Under the pieces are notes generated by a model. It worked only from the letters and a program-made list of their open reading frames with translations. It did no database searches and was not told where the DNA came from. A DNA stretch of 64,000 nucleotides. Origin: Hormiphora californensis. Taxonomy: Eukaryota; Animalia; Ctenophora. The stretch spans positions 5,084,001 through 5,148,000 of the forward strand of contig CM035362.1 of the NCBI GenBank assembly GCA_020137815.1, given 5' to 3'. Position 1 is the first letter of the stretch. Each line of letters begins with the position of its first letter. A program made the translations under genes and the position numbers. Positions 13,692-26,500 of this stretch are shown piece by piece.

Positions 13692-14790
13692 TCCTTTCTC
13701 TCTGTCTCCTACATGTTTCCCCCCCCCCCCCGCTCCCCCTTTCTCCGCGGTTGCCCTGTTTGCCGCCCACATTTTTTTGTCTTCTTTTTTCTATTGTTCC
13801 TGTCCAGGTTTGGTGAATTGTTTGTCCTGGATATCAATTTGATCTCATCGGCTTCATCTGGAATGCACTTAGATTTCTTTAAGTCCCTCAAGCCTCCTTT
13901 CCATTCTTCCTTATTCTTGGCTAAACGTCCTCCTCCTCATCCACGACTGCATTTCACCAATCCAATACATCATCTTCGTCTGAACACTCATCATCATCTG
14001 AGGTGTCGTCATCTGAAACAGTGAAATTGTGTCAAATACACTGTGTACAAGGGGTGTGAAGCATGAATGAAACGAGAACAGAGTAAATGATAGTGAGAAT
14101 AAGAACTTACTATTATCAGAAGCACAATAATTGGTGAAGCTTAGAATTAGCAGGAATTGAGTTGTGGCACCATCCCCTTCCATATTTACAGGATCTACAA
14201 TAGCATCACGATCCTAAACATCCGTTCTCCCCTACATAACATTCCGAGATCTCTACTGAATTCATGGTCACTAGACTTTCCCCGTGCAGTTTGAGTATGC
14301 CTTCAATTGCGAAAAAAAAAAGAGAACAGGCGCGCACCCCACCAGGGACGCTCCCACTCCACGGCAACAAGGCTGTTTAACGTAAGTCGGTATCGCTAAA
14401 CCGCAAAATGGTGGGTACCGTTTTCCTCAACACGAACTGTGAATAAAATGTTGTTCGAAGTTATTGAATGAGAGAAAAAAGGAATGAAAAGGAGTGGAGA
14501 ACGAACAAGAATTCAGGAGAAAAAAGACGAAACAATCGGAAGTAAGAGGGGAGCATAAGGGGGAGCGCGGTCCGCTCGATTGGAATCTTGAAGTGGAGGA
14601 GAAACGCATATTGTAGTGCTCTTGGAGTTCTGTTGCATGGCGTGTCGCTCTCTGGTTTGTACTTCAAACACTCGATTTTGTTTCGGGCGTTTTCAGGAGG
14701 GCAGAATGAGGAATTTTCTAGCTGATTTTTTGAATGTTTTTCGCTGACTTCCTAGATACCAGATCTTAGTTTTGGCGTTTTGCGCATATG
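12631..14790 (-). pseudogene. C2H2 zinc-finger gene copy 5 (poor-quality sequence in the middle)
   Basis: Finger ORF 12631-12945 plus homologous 5' parts. 13263-13790 is junk-like. Confidence 0.65.
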
Positions 14791-15071
14791 CCGCTGTGGG
14801 ATGAAAATAAAGTTTATTAGTCTGGACTTTGACATAGAATTTAATAGACAGGGGTTTTAAAATAACTAAAGCTTCGTAGGTTAAAGTTGTAAATGGCTAT
14901 GATAAATTACAAGATTTTTCCTCTTTAATTTTCTATCATTAACTATCAAACCCTACGTCCCACCATCACGTACATTCAGGCGCATACATGTTTTGAATAC
15001 GTCACTTTTCTACTACAGAGCACTGCACTTGTTGCATATCGACACAATAAATTCATAAGAGTGTAAAATAA

Positions 15072-16672
15072 TTAGAGTTTTTCATATGAGCAGTATAATT
15101 TCAGAATCTCAGGGTAATTTGAACTGAATCGATTGTTCCGGCTATTCAGAGTGTATGCATCTAATAGGGCTGATCTCGCCAGTGTGTGTCTCATATGCCT
15201 ATTCAAGCTCCTGCCTGTGTATAATACCATTCCAACAACCTTACATTTGAATGGGCGTCTCACCAGTGTTGAATCGTTGATGAAACTATATATACTCTGA
15301 ATGGGAAACCTCTTCCCACACTCCTTACATTTGTAGGGTTTATCTCCAGTATGTACTCGTTTTGTGTTATAAGGCAGAATTTAACTGAATCATGGGACAA
15401 ATGGAAATTTATGTTCGTTCTGAGTGGGATGTTTGATGTGCTCTTCTAGATTCTCTCGTGGTACTCTTAATCCACACTTTCCTACCCGACAAGAATATCA
15501 TCTGTTGTTGTGGGTTGTTTGTGATGTTTAGATTAATTGAACCATTGAACCTTTTTCCACATTCACATTCAAAGGGTCTATCACTGTGCCCGTTGTGTCT
15601 GGAAAAAAGGTCTGCTTTCAATTTAAAAGCAGTCGGACAAACATCACACCGGTGTTTTCTATCTGAGTGGTCAACTCTAACGTGCTCGAACAAGTCCTGC
15701 TCCGATGGTTTTTCAACCAAACACCCCCTGATTTTACACTGGAAATACGAACTCTGCTCATTTGTTTCATTGACAACTTTGGAAGTCTGTTCCCTATCAT
15801 CACTGGAATGGGAGGAAGATTCAGAGGAAGAAGGTTCCTGGATTGGATCAGTTTTAGCTCGTTTAATTCTGGTAGATGTCCTAAGAGATCCAGATTTTAA
15901 AGAAACAGGCTGGTTAGATGGTTGAGGAAGGGTTTCCTGGGAAAGGTTTGGTGAAGTTGGTTGCTGGATACAATTTGTCTCATCGTCTTCACTGGAGTCA
16001 CTGAGATCTGTAAGACCCAACATCATGTCATCTTCAGAGCTGCTAACCTCCTCCTCCTCACCACCAGATTCACCCAGACAATCATCTTCGTCTGAACACT
16101 CATCATCATCTGAGGTGTCGTCATCTGAAACAGGTGAAATTGGTCAAATGACACTGTGTACAAGGGGTGTGAAGCATGAATGAAACGAGAACAGAGTAAA
16201 TGATAGTGAGATGAAAGAAGCTTACCATTATCAGAAGACACAATAATTGGTTGAAGCAGTAGAAGTAGCAGGAATTGAGTTTGTGGCACATCCCTCTTCC
16301 AAATTTACAGGATCTACAATAGCATCACGATCCAACAATCCGTTATCCCCTAACATTTCAGAATCCTCTAATTGAATTTCAGGGTCACTAGACTCATCCC
16401 CAGTTTGAGTACCAACCTCCACCAACGAGGCTGTTTTAACAAGTCGGTACCCTAAACCCAAATGGTGAGTACCTGATTTTCCGCAACCCGAACATGTGAA
16501 TGAAATGTTGTTCGAAGTTATTGAACTCTTGGAGTCTGTGCAGGCCGTGTCGATCTCTGGTTTGACTTCTACCTCGATTTGTTCTGTTTTCAGGAGGGCA
16601 GGAATGAGGAATTTCCTGGCTGATTTTGAGATGTTTTCGTGAACTCCAGAAATCTTAGTTTTCTTTTGCCAT
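15072..16672 (-). pseudogene. C2H2 zinc-finger gene copy 6
   Basis: ORFs 15409-16026 and 16231-16461 are homologous to copies 1 and 3. Many indels. Confidence 0.65.
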
Positions 16673-16936
16673 ACCCGTGGGAGAAAAATATGTTTTATTA
16701 GTCTTTTCTTGGAAAAGAAGTAAGTTATAGGCAGACTAGATTATAACTACAATACTTCGAATAGAGATTACAACGGCTAAATATTACAATACTTGGCACT
16801 TAAAAGTTAAACGCCATCATTCACTATGATACTCTCATGCACTACACAACAAAAACAAAAACAAAATATGTTTTTCTACTACAAGCACCACTGTTGCATT
16901 CAGACACAATTACAATTGCATTCAGACTCAATTACA

Positions 16937-19765
16937 ATTAGAGTTTCTTTGAGCAGGTACATTTCTGCGATGAGTGCTCCGGTTCGTTGTATCGACGTCG
17001 AATTGTTTTCCCGCAGATAGTACAACGAAAGGGGGCTTTTCGCGGGTATGTGTCCTTCATATGCGCCCGTCTGTTCTGACTGTTTTGAATGGCGCATTTT
17101 CACGATTATTACATTTGAATTGTGGTCGGGTCACCAGTGTGACCCTTTGCTAGTAGTTGAACTGCTTTATCACTGAGAAATTTCTTCCTGCACACTCGCT
17201 TACTTTGGTATGGTTTATCTCCATCACCCCGGCTTTATGTACTTCGTTTGTTGAATAAGTAATATTAAGTTAAACTTGATACATGGAGCACTAGAACATT
17301 TATGTTCGTATGTCTGGAATGGGCTTAGTGAGAGTTCGATAAGAACACTCACCTCCTCCGATTTCAGTGAGACTTCTCACATGCTAACATAATGATAAAT
17401 AGGGAGGTACAAATACCGCTATTTTAGGTCGGAAAAACTTTTGGTTCGTTAGCTTATCGCTAATTGAAAAACGCAAAAATGGCATAAAATGGCTCACTTA
17501 AGTTGTGGATTTGAAATGTTTGGGGTAGAGTGAACTCGGCCTAGACTTGCGTACAGGTGTCCGCTGAGATCCAATATGCACCAGCACGGTTGAGGCGGGC
17601 TAGGCCTAAATTCGTCGTCGTAATTTTTGCGTAAGGCCGATGGTCTTGATTTTGGTCCCGGTGATTGGCAAAACAAAAAATCAGTTTTTTTTGGGTCTAT
17701 TGTGCATTCCTGCAGCGCCTAGATGAAAAATAAGCCATTTCCTCTGCATTTAATTTTTTCTTTCTGCATCGATTAAAGCAGCTATGACCTGGGCCCCTTA
17801 TCTTCAACGGTTCAGAAGTTAGAGTTTTGCAAAAAAAGAGGCGGGAGAGACTAGATGGCGTGCAGATTTTGTAAGGCGGATTGTGTCTTTCCTGTGCGTT
17901 CTGGGATGAAAAATTGATCTGTCAAAACGTGTCATTTTCATCATAGGTCTGTTCCGTATGGGCTATTAGGCAGGTATAAACATCCCTCTAGGCTGAGGCG
18001 CGTTGCGAGAAAGTTAGCTGAACTCGAGGTCTCCGTGACCATCAGTATTAGCGCATCTCGTGCTTACGGTGCAAAAATTCGGACGAATTTAGGCGCTTAG
18101 CTCCGCTCTGTGTGCATATGGCATCCTACGGACAGCCTGTTACGAAGTCTGGAGTTCCAACTCCAAAATTTCAAATTCCTACCTTAATGTCCATTTTTTG
18201 CCATTTTTAGGTCGTTTTTTTCAATTAGCGATATTAACGTAACCAATAAACTTATTTGGATCCTAAAATAAGGCGTATTTGTACGCTCCATTATGCATAT
18301 TTTAGGCATGTGAGGAAGTTTTACTACTGAAGATCGGAGGAGGTGGAGATGTTCGCTTGAGCGGACGCTACTAGGCTGTTTGATGTGCTGCTTCTAGGAT
18401 TCTCGTACCGGTTGGCATTCTATAGAGTCCCACAGCTTTTTCTACCGCGACAAGAAATCTGCACTGGTTTGTTTATGGGTTGTTTTGTGATATTTAAGAT
18501 TAATTAAACTCCATGTTGAACGCTTTTTTCAGTACATCATCACAAGATTCACTTCGAATAGGGTTGTCCTCACTGTGTTTCCTTCCGGCTTGTGAATAAT
18601 CTATAGCATTGCCAGTATTTAAGACTGGCATGTCGACGAGCATCACTACGTCGTGTTTTCTATCTGGATGGTCAATTCTAATCATGCTCGATACAAATCC
18701 TGCTCCGATGGTTTTAGCAATCTGAACACACGGCCTGATTTTACAACTGAATACGAACTCTGCTCGCTTTGTTCATTGACAACTTTTGGAAGTCTGGTCA
18801 CCTTATCATTCACTGAAATGGGAGAAGACTCAGGGGAAGAAGGTTCGCTGTTGTATTTAGTTTTAGCTCGTTTAATTCTGGTAGTGTCCTACAGATCGCA
18901 GATTTTAAAGATAACAGGTCTGCTAGATGGTTGAGGAAGGGTTTCTCTCTGCGGGAATAGTATGGTGAAGTTGGTTGCTGGAATAGCAATTCGCCCATCG
19001 TCTTCACTGGATCCCTGAGTATCTGTAAGACCCCTAACATCATGTCTATGGCTTCAGAGGGCTGCTTAACCTCCTCCTCCCGTCTCCTCCTCCTCACCAC
19101 CAGATTCACCCTATGACAATCATCTCGTCTGAACACTCATCACACCCCTGCATCTGAGGTTGTCGTCATCATGAAACAGTGAAATTGGTCAAAGACACTT
19201 GTTAGGTGTACAGGGATAACAGGGTGTGAGAGCGTGAATGAAACGAGAGCTCGAGTATAATGAATAGTGAGATAAAGAACTTAGCGCATTATCAGATAGA
19301 CACAACAATTGGGGAATCAGATAGTAGCATGATTGATTTTGTGCACCATCTCTTCCATATTTACAGGATCTACAATAGCATCACGATCTAACAATCCGTT
19401 ATCCCTCTAACTATTCGAATCCTGCCAATTGAAATTTCAGGTCTACTAGGACATCATCCGCAGTTTGAGTACCTACGCTTCCACCAACAGGCTGTTTTAC
19501 TACAATCGGTATCCCTAAACGCCAATGGTGGGGTACCCGGATTTTCCGGCAGACCCGAACATGTGAAATAAAATTTGTCGAAGTTATTGAACTCTTGGAG
19601 TTCTGTGCAGGCTGTGTCGATTATGCCTGTTTGACTATCCTACCTTCTGCAGCCTTCAATCTTGTTCTGCTGTTTTCAGGAGGGTCAGAATGGGTAATTT
19701 CCTGCTGGATTTGTGATGTTTTTCGCATGACTTCCTCCAATACGTCATGATCTTCTTTTCGCCAT
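16937..19765 (-). pseudogene. C2H2 zinc-finger gene copy 7, degraded, with a ~1 kb TIR insertion
   Basis: Nucleotide similarity to the other copies on both sides of 17346-18350. Confidence 0.6.
17346..18350. mobile_element. Foldback element, CACTCACCTCCTC family
   Basis: Degenerate long inverted arms. A related copy lies at ~58818-61133. Confidence 0.65.
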
Positions 19766-20125
19766 ACTCTTGTGGGGTAGAAAACTATGTTGTTTAGTCT
19801 GGTACGCAAAAAAATAGGTTATAGGCAGGTTAAATAAATGAAAATTTTATGGGATTCCAGGTTGAAACAATTAAACTTCTCAACGATAATAGCTAGCGAT
19901 AAAAACAAAACATGAAAACCCATGCCATACGCACAAATGGACTTAGCCTGCTGCGTGCTTGTTGCTGTTCAGCATTTGCCAAATGAGGCCGGGCTTTCGA
20001 CAATACTTTTATTTTCTAAGCAACCCTCACACTCAACGTTTACCAACCCATCACAAATACCCTGTATTCCCGCTAATCTACAAACTATTCATTCAGAAGC
20101 AATAAACTCATACAGACAGAAATAA

Positions 20126-21900
20126 TTAGAGTTTCTTTGAGCAGGATATTTCGTGAAACCTCAAGGACTCTAACCGACGAAAATTTTTCCCACAGATAGT
20201 ACACGAAAACGGTTTCTCGTCAGTGTGTGTCCTCATATGCCTCTTCAAGCTTCCAGAATTATTTAAAGCCAACCCACACTCCTTACATTTGAATGGTCGC
20301 TCATCAGCGTGAATCCGTTGATGCTTTGTATAATTCCCACTGCGGGAAAACTTCTTCCCACACTCCTTACATTTGTAGGGTTTCTCTCACATGATGTAAC
20401 TCGTTTGGTGTTCCAATCTTTTCAACAAGTCTAGCATAACTCAACCTCGTGAATTGAGCCCTTCGTACTAGGTCACTTGGAACGACCTATTTATGCTCGT
20501 TATTTTGGATGTGGCTGTTTTGATGTGCTCTTACTAGATTCACGTCGGGGTATTCCTCTTCCTAGTCCGATTTCTAACCGGCGACGAAGAAATCTATACC
20601 GCTGTCGTTGTGAGTAAGTTGTGTAAATTGAAGAAGACCTTTCCGCATTTGAACCATTTTTTCGCACATTCTTATGCACACTCAACATTGGGTTTATGCA
20701 CTATCTGTATGATTCTGGTCTGTGACGTATCAAGGTCAGCCCTTCAGATTTAAAGAAGTAGTCGGACAAACATCACACCGGTGGTTTCTATCTGGGTGGT
20801 CAATTCTAACGTGCTCGAACAGTTCTTTTTCTTTCAGTTAGGCAACCGAATTATACACCCCTCTCGATTACGATGTCTGGTATAATACGAACTCTCTGCT
20901 CATTTGTTACTTTGACAACTTTGGAAGTTTGTTCCCAATCATCACTATCGAATTGGAGAAAGAATCAGGGGAAGTAGGTTCCTGGGTTGGATTAGTTTTA
21001 GCTCGTTTAATTCTGTGTAGTGATGTCGTCATAAGTAGATCCTGATTTTAAAGAAGCAGACTGGTTTTAGATGGTTGAGGTTAGGGATTCGCTGGGAAAG
21101 GTGTGGTGAAAATTGGTTGCTGATAAATATTGTCTGCATCGTCCTTTCACTGGAGTCAGTGGAGATCTGTAAGACCGCTATACATCATTTCATCGAGTTC
21201 AAGTTCTAACCTCACTCTCTCTCTCTAGCGCACCATATTCCCATGACAATGGGCATCTCGTCTGAACACTCATCATCATCTGAGGTGGCGTCATGCTGGA
21301 ACAGGTGAAATTGTCAAATTACTACTGTGTACAAGTGGATGTGAAGCATGAATGTGAAAGCGAGAACGAGAGTTAAATGATAGTGAGTATGAAGAAGCTT
21401 ACCTATTATCAAGAAGTACCAATAATTAGGTTGAAATCAGTAGAAGTAGTAGGGATAGAGTTTGTGGCACCATGCCTCGTCGCATATTTACAGGTATCTA
21501 TCAATAGCACGCACGATCCAACAATCGCGATAACTCCCTAAATTCCAGAATCCTGTCTAGACTGGAATTTCTAGTGTGTCATCAGACTCATCCTCCCGTT
21601 TGAGTACAACATCTTCCACCGCATACAAGGCTGTTTTAACAAGTCGGTATCCGCTAACCCAATGGTGAGTACCAGATGTTTCTCGCAAACCCGAACATGT
21701 GAATAAATGTGTTGCCGAAGTTTTGAACTCTTGGTAGTCTGGTGCAGGGCGTGTCGATTCTCTGGTTTATACTGTCTTGCCACCGTCTAATTTGTCGTTT
21801 TCAGGAGGGAGTAATGTAGGAATTTCGCTGGTGATTTTGATATGTTTTTTGCGCTGAACTTCCCTGTAACGCATATCTTAGTTTCTTGTTGGAGCCTTAT
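20126..21900 (-). pseudogene. C2H2 zinc-finger gene copy 8, degraded or raw-read quality
   Basis: Colinear with the other copies but dense in indels. Confidence 0.6.
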
Positions 21901-22464
21901 AACTCTTTATATGGTTGTTAGAAAAAATGTTTTTATTAGTCTGGACTTGGACATGAAATAGGTTAAAGGGCAGAGGGGGTCGCGAGGTGCAGGTTAAGAT
22001 AATGTCAACTTTGAAGGATCAGCAATTCTAATTTAAGAGTAAATATAAGGAGTCGCTTTTTGAAGTTATCAGATCACGCTCGGCGGCTTATTTATCATGG
22101 GGCACGGCGTCGTATTTGTGGGCGTGTTACATGCCCCTCACTCTTGCTCTCATTTTTCAGCATCAAACGGCACGAATACCATCGAATCTAGTTGCAATAC
22201 CTATTTTATTGATTCGTACAAGTTTGTTTGACGAAAGGATTGGTGCAAGAACAAAGTCGTGAGCGCGAAACAGCTCCGACACGTTTCTGATGCACGAAGA
22301 TAAAAACTCGTGCGCCACCTCAGGGGGGGGGGTGAAAACCAAAACCCTTTCAAAAATCCGATTTAATAATTTATTCCACGGCGCGTATATTAACTGATAA
22401 ATCGATCAGTGGCTCTATGTTTATGCATTACCGCGTTTTGAATACGCCTTTAATAAAGTAGAAT

Positions 22465-22902
<438 letters not shown>

Positions 22903-23001
22903 NNNNNNNNNNNNNNNNNNNNNNNNNNNNNNNNNNNNNNNNNNNNNNNNNNNNNNNNNNNNNNNNNNNNNNNNNNNNNNNNNNNNNNNNNNNNNNNNNN
23001 N
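22903..23001. other. Assembly gap (99 N)
   Basis: Run of N. Confidence 1.
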
Positions 23002-23508
23002 NTGGATATCTATATTTGAGTTAGTACATTCAGAAAATCGTTGTTTTCAATGCTTGTATTGGGTTAGGGTAAGTATATGGTGACCACACATTGGGTAACC
23101 CGCCCATAGCAACTCACATAACAGGCAGATTACCCAATGTGTCTATTTGGTGTGGGTAATTAGAACAATATGGGAGTAGTGGGAAAACTGTGAATTTCAA
23201 CCCCTTTGTAACAGTCACGTGACCAGTGGTCATGTGACTGTTACAGTTGAACACGTGACTGTACAAATGTCACATAGCTGTTACAGTGACCTAAATAGCG
23301 AGTTCTGATTGATTGTTTACTTGTGTCGGTCGGTTCCTGCTCAGTACTAACGCAGTACCAAAGTGATCAATCTATTGAAATGCAGGACCTCCATAAATTA
23401 CCATGTTTCTGGTCGACCTTTTCCTGTGTAATACCCCTGAAAGCGTGCGTTAGAGAATTAACATTAGAAACCTTATGTAACAGTGATATGTAACAGTTAT
23501 ATTTTCAG

Positions 23509-26500
23509 ATACAAACTTCATTGTAACGGAACCAGTGTTAAACTTCACTGCGATCAAAGACCCATGGGATGAGGCCATTTTTGAGGAATACGGCTTTAAA
23601 TCACTGTTCAGGTAAATAACTAATCCTCACACTGTTGGGTATGTGCCTAGATATATCGAACCCAGTCGATTCCCTTGGTAACCTCACAGTTACCTCAAAG
23701 TACGGCACCTTGAACCGCCTTAGTCATTTTCCAGGGACTTTAATCTTCCCTTTGGTTATCTTGAGTCGCCTGACATTGTGACCGTGCTAATAAAAAGAAA
23801 GTATGAACAATTCAATAATTATGATATCTAATCTTCCCTTTATTAACAGGTGTTCAGGTGCAACGTTAACCGCATTTCAGTATAAAGATACCCACCCCGA
23901 GTCACAGTGCTGTCTCGTCATAGATTCAGGTACGGGGTTTGAAGATATTTTGAACTTTTGTATCGAGGTTTAATTATAACTTAATGCTTGATACAACTGA
24001 TCTGAATTCCTTGAAAGCGAGATTTTACCTCTTGTAGACTTTATAATAGTAGACCTATGTGTGTTACCAAACCACCTATTTTCAGGACACGCCTTTACCC
24101 ACATCGTCCCCTATCATAATGGAGTTCAGATCCCCGCTGGAATCAGGAGGATTAATCTTGGAGGTATTATAGTACACCCCTTAGTTTGAAATATTCGCAC
24201 TATCATGACCAGCGTGTTGCGACTTGCGTGAGACATAGTTTTCAGCAGACGAAGTACATACATTGGTTCTTCAGAAGCATATTTGTCATTGAGTGGAACT
24301 AACTAAATCACCCCTCAGTTCTACTAGTGGAACTAACTAAATCACCCCTCAGTTCTACTAGTGGAACTAACTAAATCACCCCTCAGTTCTACTAGTGGAA
24401 CTAACTAAATCACCCAGTTCTACTAGTGGAACTAACTAAATCACCCACCAGTTCTACTAGTGGAACTAACTAAATCACCCACCAGTTCTACTAGTGGAAC
24501 TAACTAAATCCCGGCGATTTAGTTAGTTCCATTCAATCCCTCACCAGGAAAACACCTGTGCAATCTGCTGAAAGAGCTGATATCCTACCGACAGCTGAAC
24601 CTGCTGGAGGAGACGTATGCCTGTAATCTGATAAAGGAAGATATTTGTTTTGTTTCCACTAGTTTCAAGGAAGAGATGGAGTTGGCTAAAAAACGTGATC
24701 CCTCGGTTTCATGTGAGAACCCAGATCAATTAGTTCGACCCTTTCTTACTGTGCCCCACGATAAATATCTAAGATCACTTTGCTTGTTTAACCCTCCCAC
24801 AAATGTTGAATACTGTAAAGGTGGGTTATTTCTTAGTGAGATCACACCTCAGGACTCAGGAGAGCTAGAGCTGGTACAACTATCTAGTCAAGTTGAACAT
24901 GTTAGAGGTTTCTCTTATTCTGTAATCCCAAAATTAGAAATTGTTATTTTTCAGGTGAGTACGTGTTGCCAGATTTCGTTACAACACACAGAGGCTATGT
25001 GAAACTACCAAACTCCACTGAGGAGGCGGATAGACCTAAACCTACTAAAGAGCAGATGATTAGGTAAAATTAATTAGAAATTGAGCTGTTCATTGTGAAA
25101 GCCTATTTAAAAACAGAGACACTCTCGTAAAAAAGATTATCTGTTTTTTGTAGACTTTCAAATTACTCACTTTGCATGAGCCATGGATAAATGGCAGTGA
25201 AACATGTTTCCACCCTTTTGGCTTTTATCCGAGACTAATATCATCTTTTGATGTACTAAAAGGGTTGTAAATAGTCTAGTGAAAACATGTTTTGACCCCC
25301 GAAATTTTTGATGCATTTGTAATTCCTTCACCAAAATGTCCTCAAAGGCCTTCTGGGTGAGATCCCAAAAGTCTACCAACCAACTCCTGGGGGAAGTACC
25401 CTTAATTGGCCCTAATTGGCTTGATGGTATAACTCGCCAATTTTGCTAACTCAGCTCTGGAGCGTCGTAGAGACCTTTCATTGGTCGCAATCGATCCGGA
25501 ATATATGATTTTATATTAGTGCTATGAAGGTCCGAAGTCGCTATCTCTAACCGTTTAGCCGCTAATTGGATTTAACTGATTGATTGGACTTAATTGGCAC
25601 CCTCGTATCTCAGCTCAGGGACATTGTAGAGACTTTTCATTGGTCGGAAACTGACCGGAATGTGCAAGTTTATATTAGTGCTATGAAGGTCCAAAGTCGC
25701 TATCTCCAACCGTTTAGCCGGAAATCGAACTTCTTTAAAACCGTTTTGCGCATGGTTATTGGGTGTGTCTCACCAAATTGACACCTCGAGTTTGGAAATT
25801 TTGTACAGGTCCGTAGACCACCTAAACATTGGCCAATTTTGTTAATTTTTGTACCAAACTGTCAGAAAATGTCTGAACTACTGAATTACTAAATATCATG
25901 ATAATTATGCATCACTGAGCTGAATTATGATGCATAATATGCCAAAAAAGCCTTTTTTTGGCGTTGACGTAACGACCGTAACGACCGTAACGCATTTTTG
26001 AACGATCATAGAATCGGTTGTAGTTATCGTACGAAGTTGAAACTGGTACTCAGCGGTAGCTGTGACTGAGTACTTTCTCCTGTCTGAATTCTGAAGCCTT
26101 AGTCCAAAAAGTATGGCCGTGGCTGCCTGAACATTCTGGAGATGTAACATTTGTAACGACCGTAACAGCAACCGTAACGTAACGGTCGTTACAAATGTAA
26201 CGACCGAAACGTTACGGTCGTTACAAATGTAACGACCGAAACGTTACGGTCGTTACATTTGTAACGACCGTAACGTTACGGTCGTTACAAAATATGGTCA
26301 TTTTAGGTAACGACCGTAACATTACGGTGGTAAAACGTTACGGTCATTACAAATGTAACGACCGTTACGTTACGGTCATTACAAATGTAACGACCGTTAC
26401 GTTACAGTCGTTACATATGTAACGACCGTTACGTTACGGTTGTTACGACCATTTTATGTGTAATTTTAAATAGAATACACTGTAACGACCGAAACGTTAC

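Noticed and set aside
13263-13790. Long Pro/Gly/Lys/Phe-rich ORFs over a G-rich, poly-T stretch
   Set aside because: Low-complexity junk replacing part of ZNF copy 5; it looks like a bad read or gap-fill artefact.
24288-24537. CRISPR-like regular repeat
   Set aside because: No unique spacers, eukaryotic intron, no cas genes; it is a tandem repeat. The same applies to 27380-28400 and 30805-31166.
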